A DNA stretch of 64,000 nt from Hyaloraphidium curvatum SAG 235-1 (Eukaryota > Fungi > Monoblepharomycota): positions 467,648 through 531,647 of the forward strand of contig JAIVFI010000037.1 of NCBI GenBank assembly GCA_025558095.1, read 5' to 3'. Shown here one piece after another: positions 54,695 through 64,000 of this stretch (position 1 is the stretch's first letter; each line of letters opens with the position of its first letter). The position numbers and the translations under genes are program-made. The notes beneath the pieces are model-generated. The model did no database searches. It was not told where the DNA came from and saw nothing but the letters and a program-made list of their open reading frames with translations.

Positions 54695-55906
54695 TCAAAG
54701 CTGCGAGATGGCCAGAGCCCGCTCCAGCGGGTCCGCCTTCTCGTATGGCGTCCTGCCCAGGTCCTTGGTCGCCTCGGCCACGTCCACCCTCGGTACCGGC
54801 TGCGCCTCGCTCAGGTAGAGGAACGCCGCGGCGCTCACGTCGTCGACCCGCTCGAACAGCCCCGACGACCCCCTCGGCCCGTTGACCAGCCATCCCGAAC
54901 CCGCGAGCGGGTTCTCGGCCACGTACGCGTCCCGCTCGGCCTCCTGGCCGAGCCGCCAGACGTTCATCCCGATCTGCTGCAGCGTCACCTTGAGGCTGCT
55001 CTTGAACACGACGGGATCCGGCACGTGCCACCGGTAAAAGCCGACGTACGCCGGCATCCCCGTCATCCCCGCGGCCCTGCCCGGCGGCCGCACGTCCAGC
55101 GGCGCCCCCGTGTACGGGGCGTGGTGCGCCCCCAGCCCCCACGCCGAGCCGACGTAGTCCTCCAGCCCGGTCCCGCAGATGGTCGGCAGCTCCGCATCCC
55201 CGTCGAGGTACATCTTGACTTCGCCCTCGCCGTACCACCGCCCGCCGGTGATGGGGCGGATCGAGACGACGGTGCCGAGGAAGCGGCCGGGGCCGCGGAA
55301 CCCGTCGGCGATGACAAAGTCGCGCCGCATGACGGTGGGGTTCTCGCGGCGGAAGGAGACGTGGAGGAGGCCGGCGTTGGCGGGCACGGGACCGAGGGTC
55401 AGGTCGATCTGGTAGTACAGCGTCGTCGGAGCCTTTGATCCGTTGACGAACTCGACACGGATCCGGTCGCGGAAGGGCATAGGCACGTAGCTGTTGAATC
55501 CCCGGCCCTCCTGGATCGCCGTGAGCGCGCTGGAGTACGCCGTTGGGCGACCACACGCGGCCCCGAAGAAGTCCAGCACGGGCACGCTGACCGAGGGGAA
55601 GTGCGCCCCGCCGTACGCGACCTCGAGCACCATCGCCCGCATGACCTCGGGCGGCGCCGGCGGGATCGTGAGCCAGATGTGCCTGACGGTCCCCGGGCCT
55701 TCCAGGTCCGCCAGCAGCACGCGTTCGCCGGCCGCGACGACCCGGCTGGGAGACCCCTTGCGCCCGCCCGCTGCCCGCCCGCCGGCGCCCCGCGCGCCGG
55801 TGGGGTTCTCGAAGGTGACGGCGCGGGGTTCCTGCGACGTGTCGATGGAGGAAGGGTCGGAGAACATCGTTAGGCAGCTTGGGGTAGATGCTGCGGTGTC
55901 TCCCAT
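54695..55906 (-). CDS. DUF2961 / GH172-family protein
   Basis: TFENPTG..G.G, GPGTVRHIWLT, PSVSVPVLDFFG, NSYVPMPF, WYGEGEVKMYLDGD..PTICGTGLEDY, YRWHVPDPV.F; intronless. Confidence 0.9.
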   Translation of the reverse strand: MGDTAASTPSCLTMFSDPSSIDTSQEPRAVTFENPTGARGAGGRAAGGRKGSPSRVVAAGERVLLADLEGPGTVRHIWLTIPPAPPEVMRAMVLEVAYGGAHFPSVSVPVLDFFGAACGRPTAYSSALTAIQEGRGFNSYVPMPFRDRIRVEFVNGSKAPTTLYYQIDLTLGPVPANAGLLHVSFRRENPTVMRRDFVIADGFRGPGRFLGTVVSIRPITGGRWYGEGEVKMYLDGDAELPTICGTGLEDYVGSAWGLGAHHAPYTGAPLDVRPPGRAAGMTGMPAYVGFYRWHVPDPVVFKSSLKVTLQQIGMNVWRLGQEAERDAYVAENPLAGSGWLVNGPRGSSGLFERVDDVSAAAFLYLSEAQPVPRVDVAEATKDLGRTPYEKADPLERALAISQL

Positions 55907-56305
55907 CTTGCCCGGATTGCCCCTATCCGATCTCTTTCAGGCGTTTCACCCCTCCAGCTTGCTCACTTCAGACAATAAATGCCCCCTTTGAGGAAAGGCG
56001 GTTTGATTGGACGATGTTGGGTCGTGCAGTCTGTCTCCTTGAGTCATCTGGAATCCGGCGGTGGATTTCGGCGACACAGTAGGTTGATGCTAGCCAGATT
56101 TTCGCCTGGCGCGTTGAAAACCTTCGTGGCACTAAGTAGCAACGCCGAGAATACCCGGTGGCGACGTGCAACGCCCGTATGGGCCCGTGCGCGACGTCCC
56201 GCCGTCGGGAGCTCGGAGCGGCTGAAGATTGAGGGCGGCAGCGAACCAATCCCCCTCGACGTCACGCCGGGGCACCCGGTTACCCTGCTTCGCGCCCCGT
56301 GAAAA

Positions 56306-57109
56306 ATGTCGAGCAAAGCCGCGGAAGCCGCCAAGGAGGCGGGGACGGCGGCCGCCGGCCCCGACAACGCGTCGGGCGACCTCGTCGCTTATCGCCCCAT
56401 CGAGATGCCCCTCCAGGTCCAGGAGCCCGACTACTCCAAGGGCGGCTGGCGAGTGCTTCTCTCCGGCAACGAGCGCGCTCCATTGTGCTGACGCGGCGCT
56501 GTGCCTCCGCCAGGCTCGTCCACACCGCCCAGGGCTCTGACGTGCGCCTGATCCGCGACTTCGGGCACATCGCGTGGTGCGGCGATGCCCCCGGCCTCTT
56601 CGACACGACGCTCCCGCCCCAACTGGCCGCCAAGGGCGTGCGGCCCGAGCAGTGGAAGGGCTTCATGGACTCGCTGGCCGAGATAATGGCGGGCCGCTGG
56701 ACCGTCACGGCCTCCTTGTTTGCGGTCCTCTTTGTCGTCGGCATCCCCTGCGTCATAGGCACGGAGGAGCGGTTCCAGAAGAAGCTCGGGATGTGGATCC
56801 GGACGCTGAACGAGGAGCTGCTCGAGCCCGTGGGGTGCTACGCGATGCTGCAAAAGTCGTCCAAGACGATCCAGACCGGGCCGAATTCCAGCTACACGGA
56901 AGAGAGGGCGTGGATGGCGATCGCGTTGACGCCGGAGGAGTCGGAGAGGCTGCGGGCCGAGGTGGGTAACCGGCCGTCGGTGGCCCGGTGGTGGCCTGAC
57001 CGCGGCTATTCCACCGCAGGACGCTTTCTGGACGACCGAGTGCTGTGGGGACCGGCTCGTGCCCTCCTGCAACAACTGCTACTGCTGCTGTACCAAGTGC
57101 GTCGTGTGA
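56306..57109 (+). CDS. Golgin A7/Erf4-like membrane-associated protein with a Cys-rich tail
   Basis: RDF..FDTTLPPQL..GV..EQW, a hydrophobic hairpin, LNEELL. GC-AG intron 56449-56513; last exon ECCGDRLVPSCNNCYCCCTKCVV*. Confidence 0.55.
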
Positions 57110-57178
57110 TGGGAGGCGTGGATCGAGGGAGGCTTATGTCGCCAATAATCGTGCAATTCGAAAGCCGGCCCTGACGTC

Positions 57179-58052
57179 CTAGCCGTCCGGCGAACCAACG
57201 GCGCCACCCGCGTCTTCTATCTCCTCCTCCAGCCCCGTCCGGTCCTCGAAACCGCCGGATCCGATTGCAGCGGACGGTGGGTCATCCGCTTCGGCCGAGA
57301 TCTTGGCCCGCTCGAGTAGCCTTGTACGTGCTTTCTTGACCAGCAACTTGGCGATCAGCTTGAACGGCCACCCGTCGACGCAGTCAGTGAACGGATCGGA
57401 GCCGAGCCTGGCTATGACGGCACTCTGGACCTGTGAGGCGTGGGTGCGTCATGTGTCGCCAACGCTGCTGGCGAGAAGGCCTGCCCACCTCAGCAATCAG
57501 GATCGGGAACGAAACCAGCGCCGCCAGGTTTCTTGCCACCGGTACTTCCGTATTCGGGTATCCCGGCAGCATGCGCCGAAGGGCTGCCTCCACTTCCTCC
57601 TGCCGAGAGTAGGCCCCGGGACTGTGAGTAAGCGTCTGCCCGCCAAACCGAGCGAAGCCGATCGCCACCTTGGCCACGACCGCGTCGCTGAGGTAACTGT
57701 AAACCCCGGCGTCCTTAAGCATTCGTGTCAGAGAGGACAGCGTGAGCGTGCTGGTCGCCACGGCCGGCTCGCAGATTTTCCCCAACGCGTCGCGGACAAG
57801 CGCCACGGGGGCGGTGGGTCGCCGGCGGTACGGAGTTTTGCTTGCCGAGATGTCTTTCGCCGTGAGAGACTCCCCAAGGTCGGACGTCGCGGTCGGGGAC
57901 TCGAGGGTGAGAGCCGGCGATGACGGGGCGCCTTCGGGCTCCGGGAACTCGCGCAGCGCCTCGTCTACGGCGATCAGCGCGCGGCTGATTTCGGCACGCA
58001 GCTTTCGCGACTCGGCGATGAGCGCCGAGGTGCTCTTGGGGCCGGGCGACAT
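57179..58052 (-). CDS. Hypothetical protein
   Basis: ATG at 58052; a GTGGGC..CTCACAG intron joins to an exon encoding PFTDCVDGWPFKLIAKLL. Confidence 0.5.
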
Positions 58053-58214
58053 GGTAACTCAGCGTCAGAACGAGTCCTCGGCAACGGATCCGGGGGCACT
58101 ACGAGATGGCGGAGCGAGGTCCACGACGACGCATTCGTTGAAGATATTCTATGGAGACATCGGGTGCAGCGCAGCGACATCCAACGGCGATCTGCCCTCT
58201 GAAACCCTCCGACC

Positions 58215-60573
58215 TCAGTCCAGCCCTACGTCCTTGTACATCCCGTCGATCACCCCCTTGAAGTGCGCCCGAAGCTCGTTCCGCTTGCTCTTGGCCGTCG
58301 GCGTCAGCAGGTTGTTCTCCACCGTGAACGGATCCGGGGAGAGGTGCAGCGCCTTGGGCTGCTCGAAGCCGTGCAGCCCCTCGCCCTTGCCCAGCGCGGT
58401 CAGCTGCGCGAGGAGCTCGCCGCGGACGCGGGGGTCGGCGCAAAGGGCGGGGAAGGGGGCGGTGATGCCGAGCTTGGAGGCGAAGCGGGTGAGGGCCTCG
58501 GGGTCGGGCACGGCGACGGCGACGAGGTATGAGCGGAGCGAGTCGCCGTGCACGTAGAGCTGCGCGAGGACGGGGTGGCGGAGGTAGATCGTCTCGATGC
58601 GCTCTGCGGGTCGAACGAGAGCCGGTCAGCGCCGAACGGGGGGAGAGGCCGCGAGGGAGGCTCACCGGGCGCGACGTACTCGCCCTGGCTCAGCTTGAGG
58701 ATGTGCTTGAGCCGGTCGATGATCTTGAGCGTGTAGTTAGGGAGGAGCTCGCCGATGTCGCCCGTGCGGAGCCAGCCGTCGGGCGTGAGCGCCTCAGCCG
58801 TCTTGTCCGCGACCTGTTTGCGGCACACCGTTAGCACACGCGCCGGCGAGCCTCGAGATCGGCCGACCTTGTAGTATCCCTTCATCACGCTCGCGCTCCG
58901 CACCCAGATCTCCCCGCGCGGGTTGCCCTCCTTGGGCTGGGCAAAGTAGTTCATCTCGGGCACGTCGACGAGCTTCCACTCGCTGTGCGGGAACGAGGTG
59001 CCGACCGTCGAGCCGTACGGCGACCAGACGTCGCCAGTGAGGAGCGAGTGCGAGGCCGCGGTGTTCTCTGCCGGGGGAAGGGAAGTGAGCGGCCGGCAAA
59101 CCCCGTCGCCGGCCGGCAGCACCCACCAGTCTGGCCGTAGCCCTCCTTGACCGACGCCCCGAACACGATCCGCATGAACTCGAGGTTCTCGGGCGCGATC
59201 GGCGCGGCCCCCGAGTTCATGGACTTGATCCTGCCCCCAAGCACCGCCTTCATCTTCCGCAGCGTCGGGTCCGCGTCGAACTCTGTGTCCGCCGCCATGA
59301 TCCCCTGGCGGAGGAGGGCGAGCTTGCCCGCGTACGCGCGCTCGAACGAGGCCTTCTCCGCGGCGGGGAGGGCGTCGGCCATCCCGCGGAGCTGGCCGAC
59401 GAGGCGGTTCAGGATCCGAGGGACGGAGGGGAAGAAGGTGGGACCAAGCGCTTGGATGTCCTCGAACAGGAGCAGGGCGTCGCCGCGGTACACCCCAACG
59501 CGGGCGCCGAGGGAAAAGAGGACGTTCAGGAGGAGGCGCTCGTAGATGTGGGCGCACGGCATGTCTGCAGGGGACGACGGCGTAAGAGGAGGTCCACACG
59601 GCGGGGATGGGCAACCCACAAGAGAGGTGCACGGTGTCGGGGTCGACCAGGCCGACCGACGCGAGGGCGACGCTGTACGAGACCACCACAATGTTCCCGT
59701 GCGTAATCATCGCCCCCTTCGGCGTGCCGGTGGTTCCCGACGTGAAGCAGATCGTGTAGGTGCGGTCCATGCGGTCCGCCGGAGGCGCCACGAGCCCGGC
59801 CAGGCCGGCAGCCTGCTCCGCCCGGCCCAAGTTCTCGAACTCGGCCCACGACCACAGCCTGACGCCGGCGCGCTCGGCGGCGAATCGGGCGTCGTCGGGA
59901 ATGGAGAAGCGGGCAAAGGGGGTGTCGACGACGACGGCGTGCTTCAGGGTCGGGACCTTGGGGAGCAGCGACAGGAGGCGGGGGAGCTGTGCGGGCATGA
60001 GGACGACGAGGGGGATCTTGCAGAGGTTGAAGATGTACTCTGGGCATTGGGCCTCGTCAGTTTCACGTCAGATGGCGCGAGATGAGAATGCCCACCGATG
60101 GCAGGGTCGTCGAAGGTCGGATAGAGCGTGGCAGTCACGATCCCGGCGTACGCGGCGCCGTAGTCTGTGAGGATCCATTCCACGCAATTGTTCATGAAGA
60201 TCCCGATGATGGAGTCGTCCGAGTGGGGTTCAAGACCGGTCAGCGCCCCCAGCGCCGCCGCGACGTGGGCGAACCGCTTGTCGATCTCGGCGTAGGATTG
60301 AAAAGAGAAGGGGCCGGGCTTGCCGTCCGGGGCCGGGAGACGCTGGCCGAGGCAGGGCGCATCGGGGCCGGCGTGCCTGAGCCCGCGGCGGAACAGCTCG
60401 ACGGCCGACGTCACGTTGCGCTCGTCCGGCGGGGGAAAGGCCATCGGAGGGCGCGAGAAATCGGGGTCGGCGAGAGGGTGCCTGAAGACACGCGTCTCGC
60501 TCGACGAAGCCGGGGCAGGCGACGCGATTGCCTGCACACGGAACTGAGCCGGAATATCCGCCGCGACAGACAT
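58215..60573 (-). CDS. Long-chain fatty acid-CoA ligase (ACSL/LACS type)
   Basis: TICFTSGTTGTPKG, AHIYER, EGYGQTE, RGEI, GWLRTGDIG, IIDR.K...KLSQGEYVAPE, LTPT.K.KR; five introns. Confidence 0.95.
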
Positions 60574-60859
60574 CGTGGAGGGCGTCCCGGCGGCGAGTGA
60601 AGGCGATCGGCGGCAGAACTTCGGCCGAGAGAAGGGATTGCGCTTTCCCGCCGGCCGAGGCTCCAACTTGCGAACGAGGCGGGCAGCAGGCCATTTCGAG
60701 GTCGACTGAGGAGCAACAAATCATCTTCCGCGGTGGCGACTGGTCCTCGTGCGGGCGGGATCGAACTGGCGGAGGATTTCTTGTGGGAGGGCTGGTGCGA
60801 GTTCTCCGCCGAATCGTCGAAGGTGTCAGCCAGAACCTGCGGCCCATCCTAGCCCAGCG

Positions 60860-61312
60860 ATGTCGACGGAAAGCAACGCGTCATTTGCTGCCATGCTCGC
60901 ACTGCGAGCGGCCGAACCTGCGCCCGGCGCTGGCCCGGGACAGGCCGTATTCCGCGCGACGGTGCCCACGAAGCTGGTCAACCCGGCCGGCCAAGTGATC
61001 GGCGCCGTGGGCCTCTACCTTCTCCAGTCGGCGGCCAGCACCGTTGCACGCTCGCGCGGCTTCCCGCACGTCGTCAGCCTGCAGGTGGACAACGCGGCGG
61101 GGCTCCCCACTCGCGGCGAGCTCGATATAGTCGTGAACGTGCTGCGAACGACGCGTCACCTGGGGTTCCTGCGCCTACGGCTTAGCGCAGCCGGCGACGC
61201 CGCTCCGTTTGTGCTTGGACAGGCCGTCGTCGGGCACCTCGACCCCGCCGGCGATGCCCCGCCCGTCAGCCACCACATCGGCGCGCCTGGCCCTGGCGCC
61301 TATGGGGCGTGA
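60860..61312 (+). pseudogene. Acyl-CoA thioesterase-like hotdog protein, N-terminal half only (probably truncated by the adjacent element)
   Basis: Hotdog-like pattern (GQVIGA...HVVSLQVD...ELDIVVNVLRTTR...LRLS). It stops exactly where composition changes at about 61304-61330. Confidence 0.5.
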
Positions 61313-63810
61313 TATAGATCTGTTTACTAGACCAAACCCTTCAACCCGGTTCAACCCTCCTTCAACCCTCTTCAACCCTCTTTCAACCCTCCCCAACCCT
61401 CCCCCACCGGGCCAAACCCCCTGAGAGGCCACCTGCGCGCCGGCCCCGTCCCAGACGCGCGTCGGCGTAGCCTTCTCTGCCCTCGAATCAACGCTACTGT
61501 CGCGAGGAGCCTCGCCTTCCCGCGTGTCGCGACGGTTTATAGCTTCCTCTCCCCGGGAGGAGACGAGGCCTCTGTTGAAGCATCCCCTGGGGACATTCTG
61601 GACGGGAATGACTGCAAGCAGGGCAGTCTGAGCTCTAGGAAGGACTCTGGCGCCGAAGACGAGGCCAACTGATCCGAACCGTCGCGTCTCGACGCGACTT
61701 CTCGGGCCAGCGGAGGCATGGGTCGGAACCGGAACACGGGCGGCGCGAAGAAGGTCTCTGGCGGCGTGAAGAAGGCTAAGGTCCCCGCGATGAAGGCTTC
61801 GGACGCACCAAAGCAGACGAAGAAGCGCGGTCGCCCGCCAAAGACCGCAGCGCCGCCGGCCGGGCAGCCGGAAAGCGGAGGGGAGCCCGCCGGACAGCAG
61901 CCACAAGCTTCGGCGGGCGAGGCACCTCCAGAAGGGCGTCCTCAGCACGGAACGGCCTTCCAGCTCGAGTTCTCGGCCGCCCAAAAGAGGAGGTTGCCGG
62001 GGAAGAAGGTTACCCCGTTCACCCATGGTCTCCAGCCTTTTCCCTTCGATCTACGACGTCATCCGGAGCGCTTCGTCCTCCGGGATGGAGGGGATCCGAT
62101 TTTCAAGGTCCTCAACGGGCCGGGAACCCCGGAAATGGATTCTCTCGTGACGCTTCGGCCGACCTTCATCCTTTCCCCCTGGGAGGGCTACCCGGACTTG
62201 GCGCGGCTCATTTGTCCGACGTGCGGATTGAAGCTGAAGCCCAGTGCTTGGGTTCAAGATCTCTTCCTCATGCGTGGGCCCCATGGAGAGTTGGAACTTC
62301 TTTGCCCCCGGCGATACGTTTGCGAGAACTTTGGGGAAGCCAAGGCGGGGAAGTGCACCTTCCAGATTGGTGCCCACAACCTGCTCGACAGAATTCCCGC
62401 GGACCTGCGCTACGTCGGTAGGAACCGCTCCCTGATCGATCTTGTCGACCTTGCTAATCATTCGTCGGCAGTGTTCCCTTACGAACGGGTCGGCCACTCG
62501 TACGTGCACATGTCGTTCCTCTCGAAGGTCTACAACCTGGTGAACGAGTGCGGGCCGGGCATGGCGGCCAAGATCCTGAACGGTACGGCTCTTTCTGAAC
62601 TGGTTCTTGCCCTTTCGTGACATCTCGGTTCCAGCCGACCTGGAGGCCGAACATCACGTCGTCGCGCTGCACCTTCAACACCACGGGAAGCATGGCCCCA
62701 TGCCGGATGCGGAGACAACCAGCGCATTCTTCTCTTCAGGTAACCTTTTGTGTGGCATCGTGAGGACATGCTGTGACTCCGTTCCCATAGACTCTTCGGG
62801 ATCCAAACAAACGAGCATGGATTCCTTTGTCGTGAGATCAGACTCGGCCGAAAACGACTCGGCACCTTCTCAGGCGGGGCCCTCCGACGGCACGACCGTA
62901 CCGACGTTCGCCGACCTCTTCCGGCAGAGCGGGAAGAAGCCGCAGTCGATCCAGGAGTCAATGGAGGACGAATTCTCGTGAGTTGGGCCGCGATTCGGAC
63001 TGCGCCTTCGCCTGCGTGTTGACTTGGCGTCAGAATGGCCGGGGATGTGATCGACGCCGCCTTTGTGGCTTGTCTACACGAAGCAGTTTGGAACCGATAC
63101 GGCGACCTTCTTTTCCACTCGTATCAGTACCAGGCTGACTGTGGGTTCTGGCGGAACGGATTTGGTTTCGCTGCTTGGCTCATCTCCGCCGCGCAGGCCG
63201 GAACATTGCGCAGGACGGACTGGAAAAGACCGCACTGCACCAAGCTTACGTGCACGACGAGGAGAATGGGGGCCACAAGGCCCTCAACTCCAGCAAGCAT
63301 GCTGACGGCGGTGCTGCCGCGGATGCCGAGAAGGATGCGGCTGCAAAGGCGAACGGCGGCCGCGTGGCGGCCGAGTCCATGAGCAGCAAACCTCAGCTGA
63401 TCAAGTACATCACCGCGACTGGTACTCCTCTTGGCGCGGTGAGCCGCTCGGCGCTGCCCATGCAGCGGGACTTCTGACGACATTCGCAGTACATGGCCCG
63501 GAACAAGGGCGACGACGCAGCCAAGCACGGCCTAGAGGTTCTTCGTAACTCTTTGCGGGCTCAGAAGGCTGCGGGCCGTGGAATCGACGGAAAGAAGCTC
63601 GATTCGGGGAAATCTGTCGGCGCCTTTGAGGAGCCGGGGACTCTGGTCATCGTGCTCCAAGTGGACCGGTGCTGTGGCTCGCCGGGTTCTTTAGCCCCAC
63701 TCGTGAAGGCTGTGTTTGGCGATCTCGTGGTCGTACGTCTCGACCATTTCCACTGGGTGCAACGGATTTGCGAGGACGTCGGGGTCACGGATTTTGTCAA
63801 GGACAAGAGG
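61304..63810 (+). mobile_element. Degenerate DNA transposon (DUF6729-like, Mutator-like DxxH transposase), right end replaced by the telomere
   Basis: ORF from 61718 has an AT-hook-like KRGRP, LICPTC..L, RYVC...C and FP; downstream VDRCC...VRLDHFHW.QR; internal TGA at 63475-63477; lower GC than flanking genes; subterminal repeats. The left boundary is approximate. Confidence 0.7.
61334..61400 (+). repeat. Short tandem TTCAACCC(T) array, about 6 units
   Basis: ttcaaccc gg ttcaaccctcc ttcaaccctc ttcaaccctc tttcaaccct ccccaaccct. Confidence 0.8.
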
Positions 63811-64000
63811 GTTAGGTTAGGTTAGGTTAGGGTTTAGGTTAGGTTACGTTAGGCTAGGTCAGGGTTAGGTTAGGTTAGGGTTAGGTTAGGTTAGGTTAGG
63901 TTAGGTTAGGTTAGGTTAGGTTAGGTTAGGTTAGGTTAGGTTAGGTTAGGTTAGGTTAGGTTAGGTTAGGTTAGGTTAGGTTAGGTTAGGTTAGGTTAGG
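63811..64000 (+). repeat. Telomere (TTAGG)n, G-strand running to the window end
   Basis: Perfect TTAGG pentamers from about 63882 to 64000; proximal variant units TTAGGG, TTTAGG, TTACG, CTAGG and TCAGGG. Confidence 0.95.

Noticed and set aside
57060-57109. CaaX prenylation signal
   Set aside because: The protein ends KCVV*, so the Cys is at -3 rather than -4; palmitoylation is more plausible.
61334-61400. TTCAACCC array as a CRISPR or interstitial telomere
   Set aside because: No spacers and no cas genes; the unit differs from CCTAA and sits at a probable transposon end.
1-64000. Bacterial origin of the window (high GC, bacterial-type enzymes)
   Set aside because: Spliceosomal introns, MPC2, a fungal MHR factor and a telomere show it is eukaryotic.
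1-64000. Many long Arg/Pro/Gly-rich ORFs in the track (e.g. 31431..33845, 26109..27980, 33670..34956, 11674..13383)
   Set aside because: They are shadow or antisense frames of real genes, left open by high GC3, and have no domain motifs.
1-64000. tRNA/rRNA genes or a secondary-metabolite cluster
   Set aside because: No recognisable structural RNA and no PKS, NRPS or terpene core gene; the tailoring-type enzymes are scattered.

Overview
This is the terminal 64 kb of a very GC-rich eukaryotic chromosome arm, ending in a (TTAGG)n telomere at 63811-64000. Genes carry short spliceosomal introns (about 50-70 nt; donors often GTGGG(T/C) or GTGAG; CTGAC/CTAAC/CTCAC branch sites; at least two GC-AG). 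A fungal MHR-type transcription factor and a Crh-type GH16 point to a fungus, most plausibly an early-diverging zoosporic lineage such as Monoblepharidomycetes (inference only). About 30 genes can be supported. Housekeeping genes: MPC2, BAP31-like, long-chain acyl-CoA ligase, a CAMK-like kinase. Intron-poor, bacterial-looking enzymes: an inverted DUF3419/BtaA-like pair, a beta-lactamase-family hydrolase, SnoaL-like, CocE/NonD, DUF2961/GH172. The most interesting signals are: (1) three dispersed paralogs of a 7-TM family whose topology and C-terminus resemble insect gustatory-receptor-like ion channels, one carrying an in-frame TAG; (2) a class I sirtuin fused to five tandem repeats with PP1-docking RVxF-like motifs; (3) an NADPH oxidase with an algal-type 4-TM insertion; (4) small CxH-x7-CxxC proteins with a spinophilin/Bni4-type PP1 motif; (5) EsV-1-7-repeat paralogs; (6) a TRAF-like RING/MATH gene; (7) a TTAGG telomere joined directly onto a broken DNA-transposase ORF. 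All family assignments come from motif recognition by eye; no searches were run.
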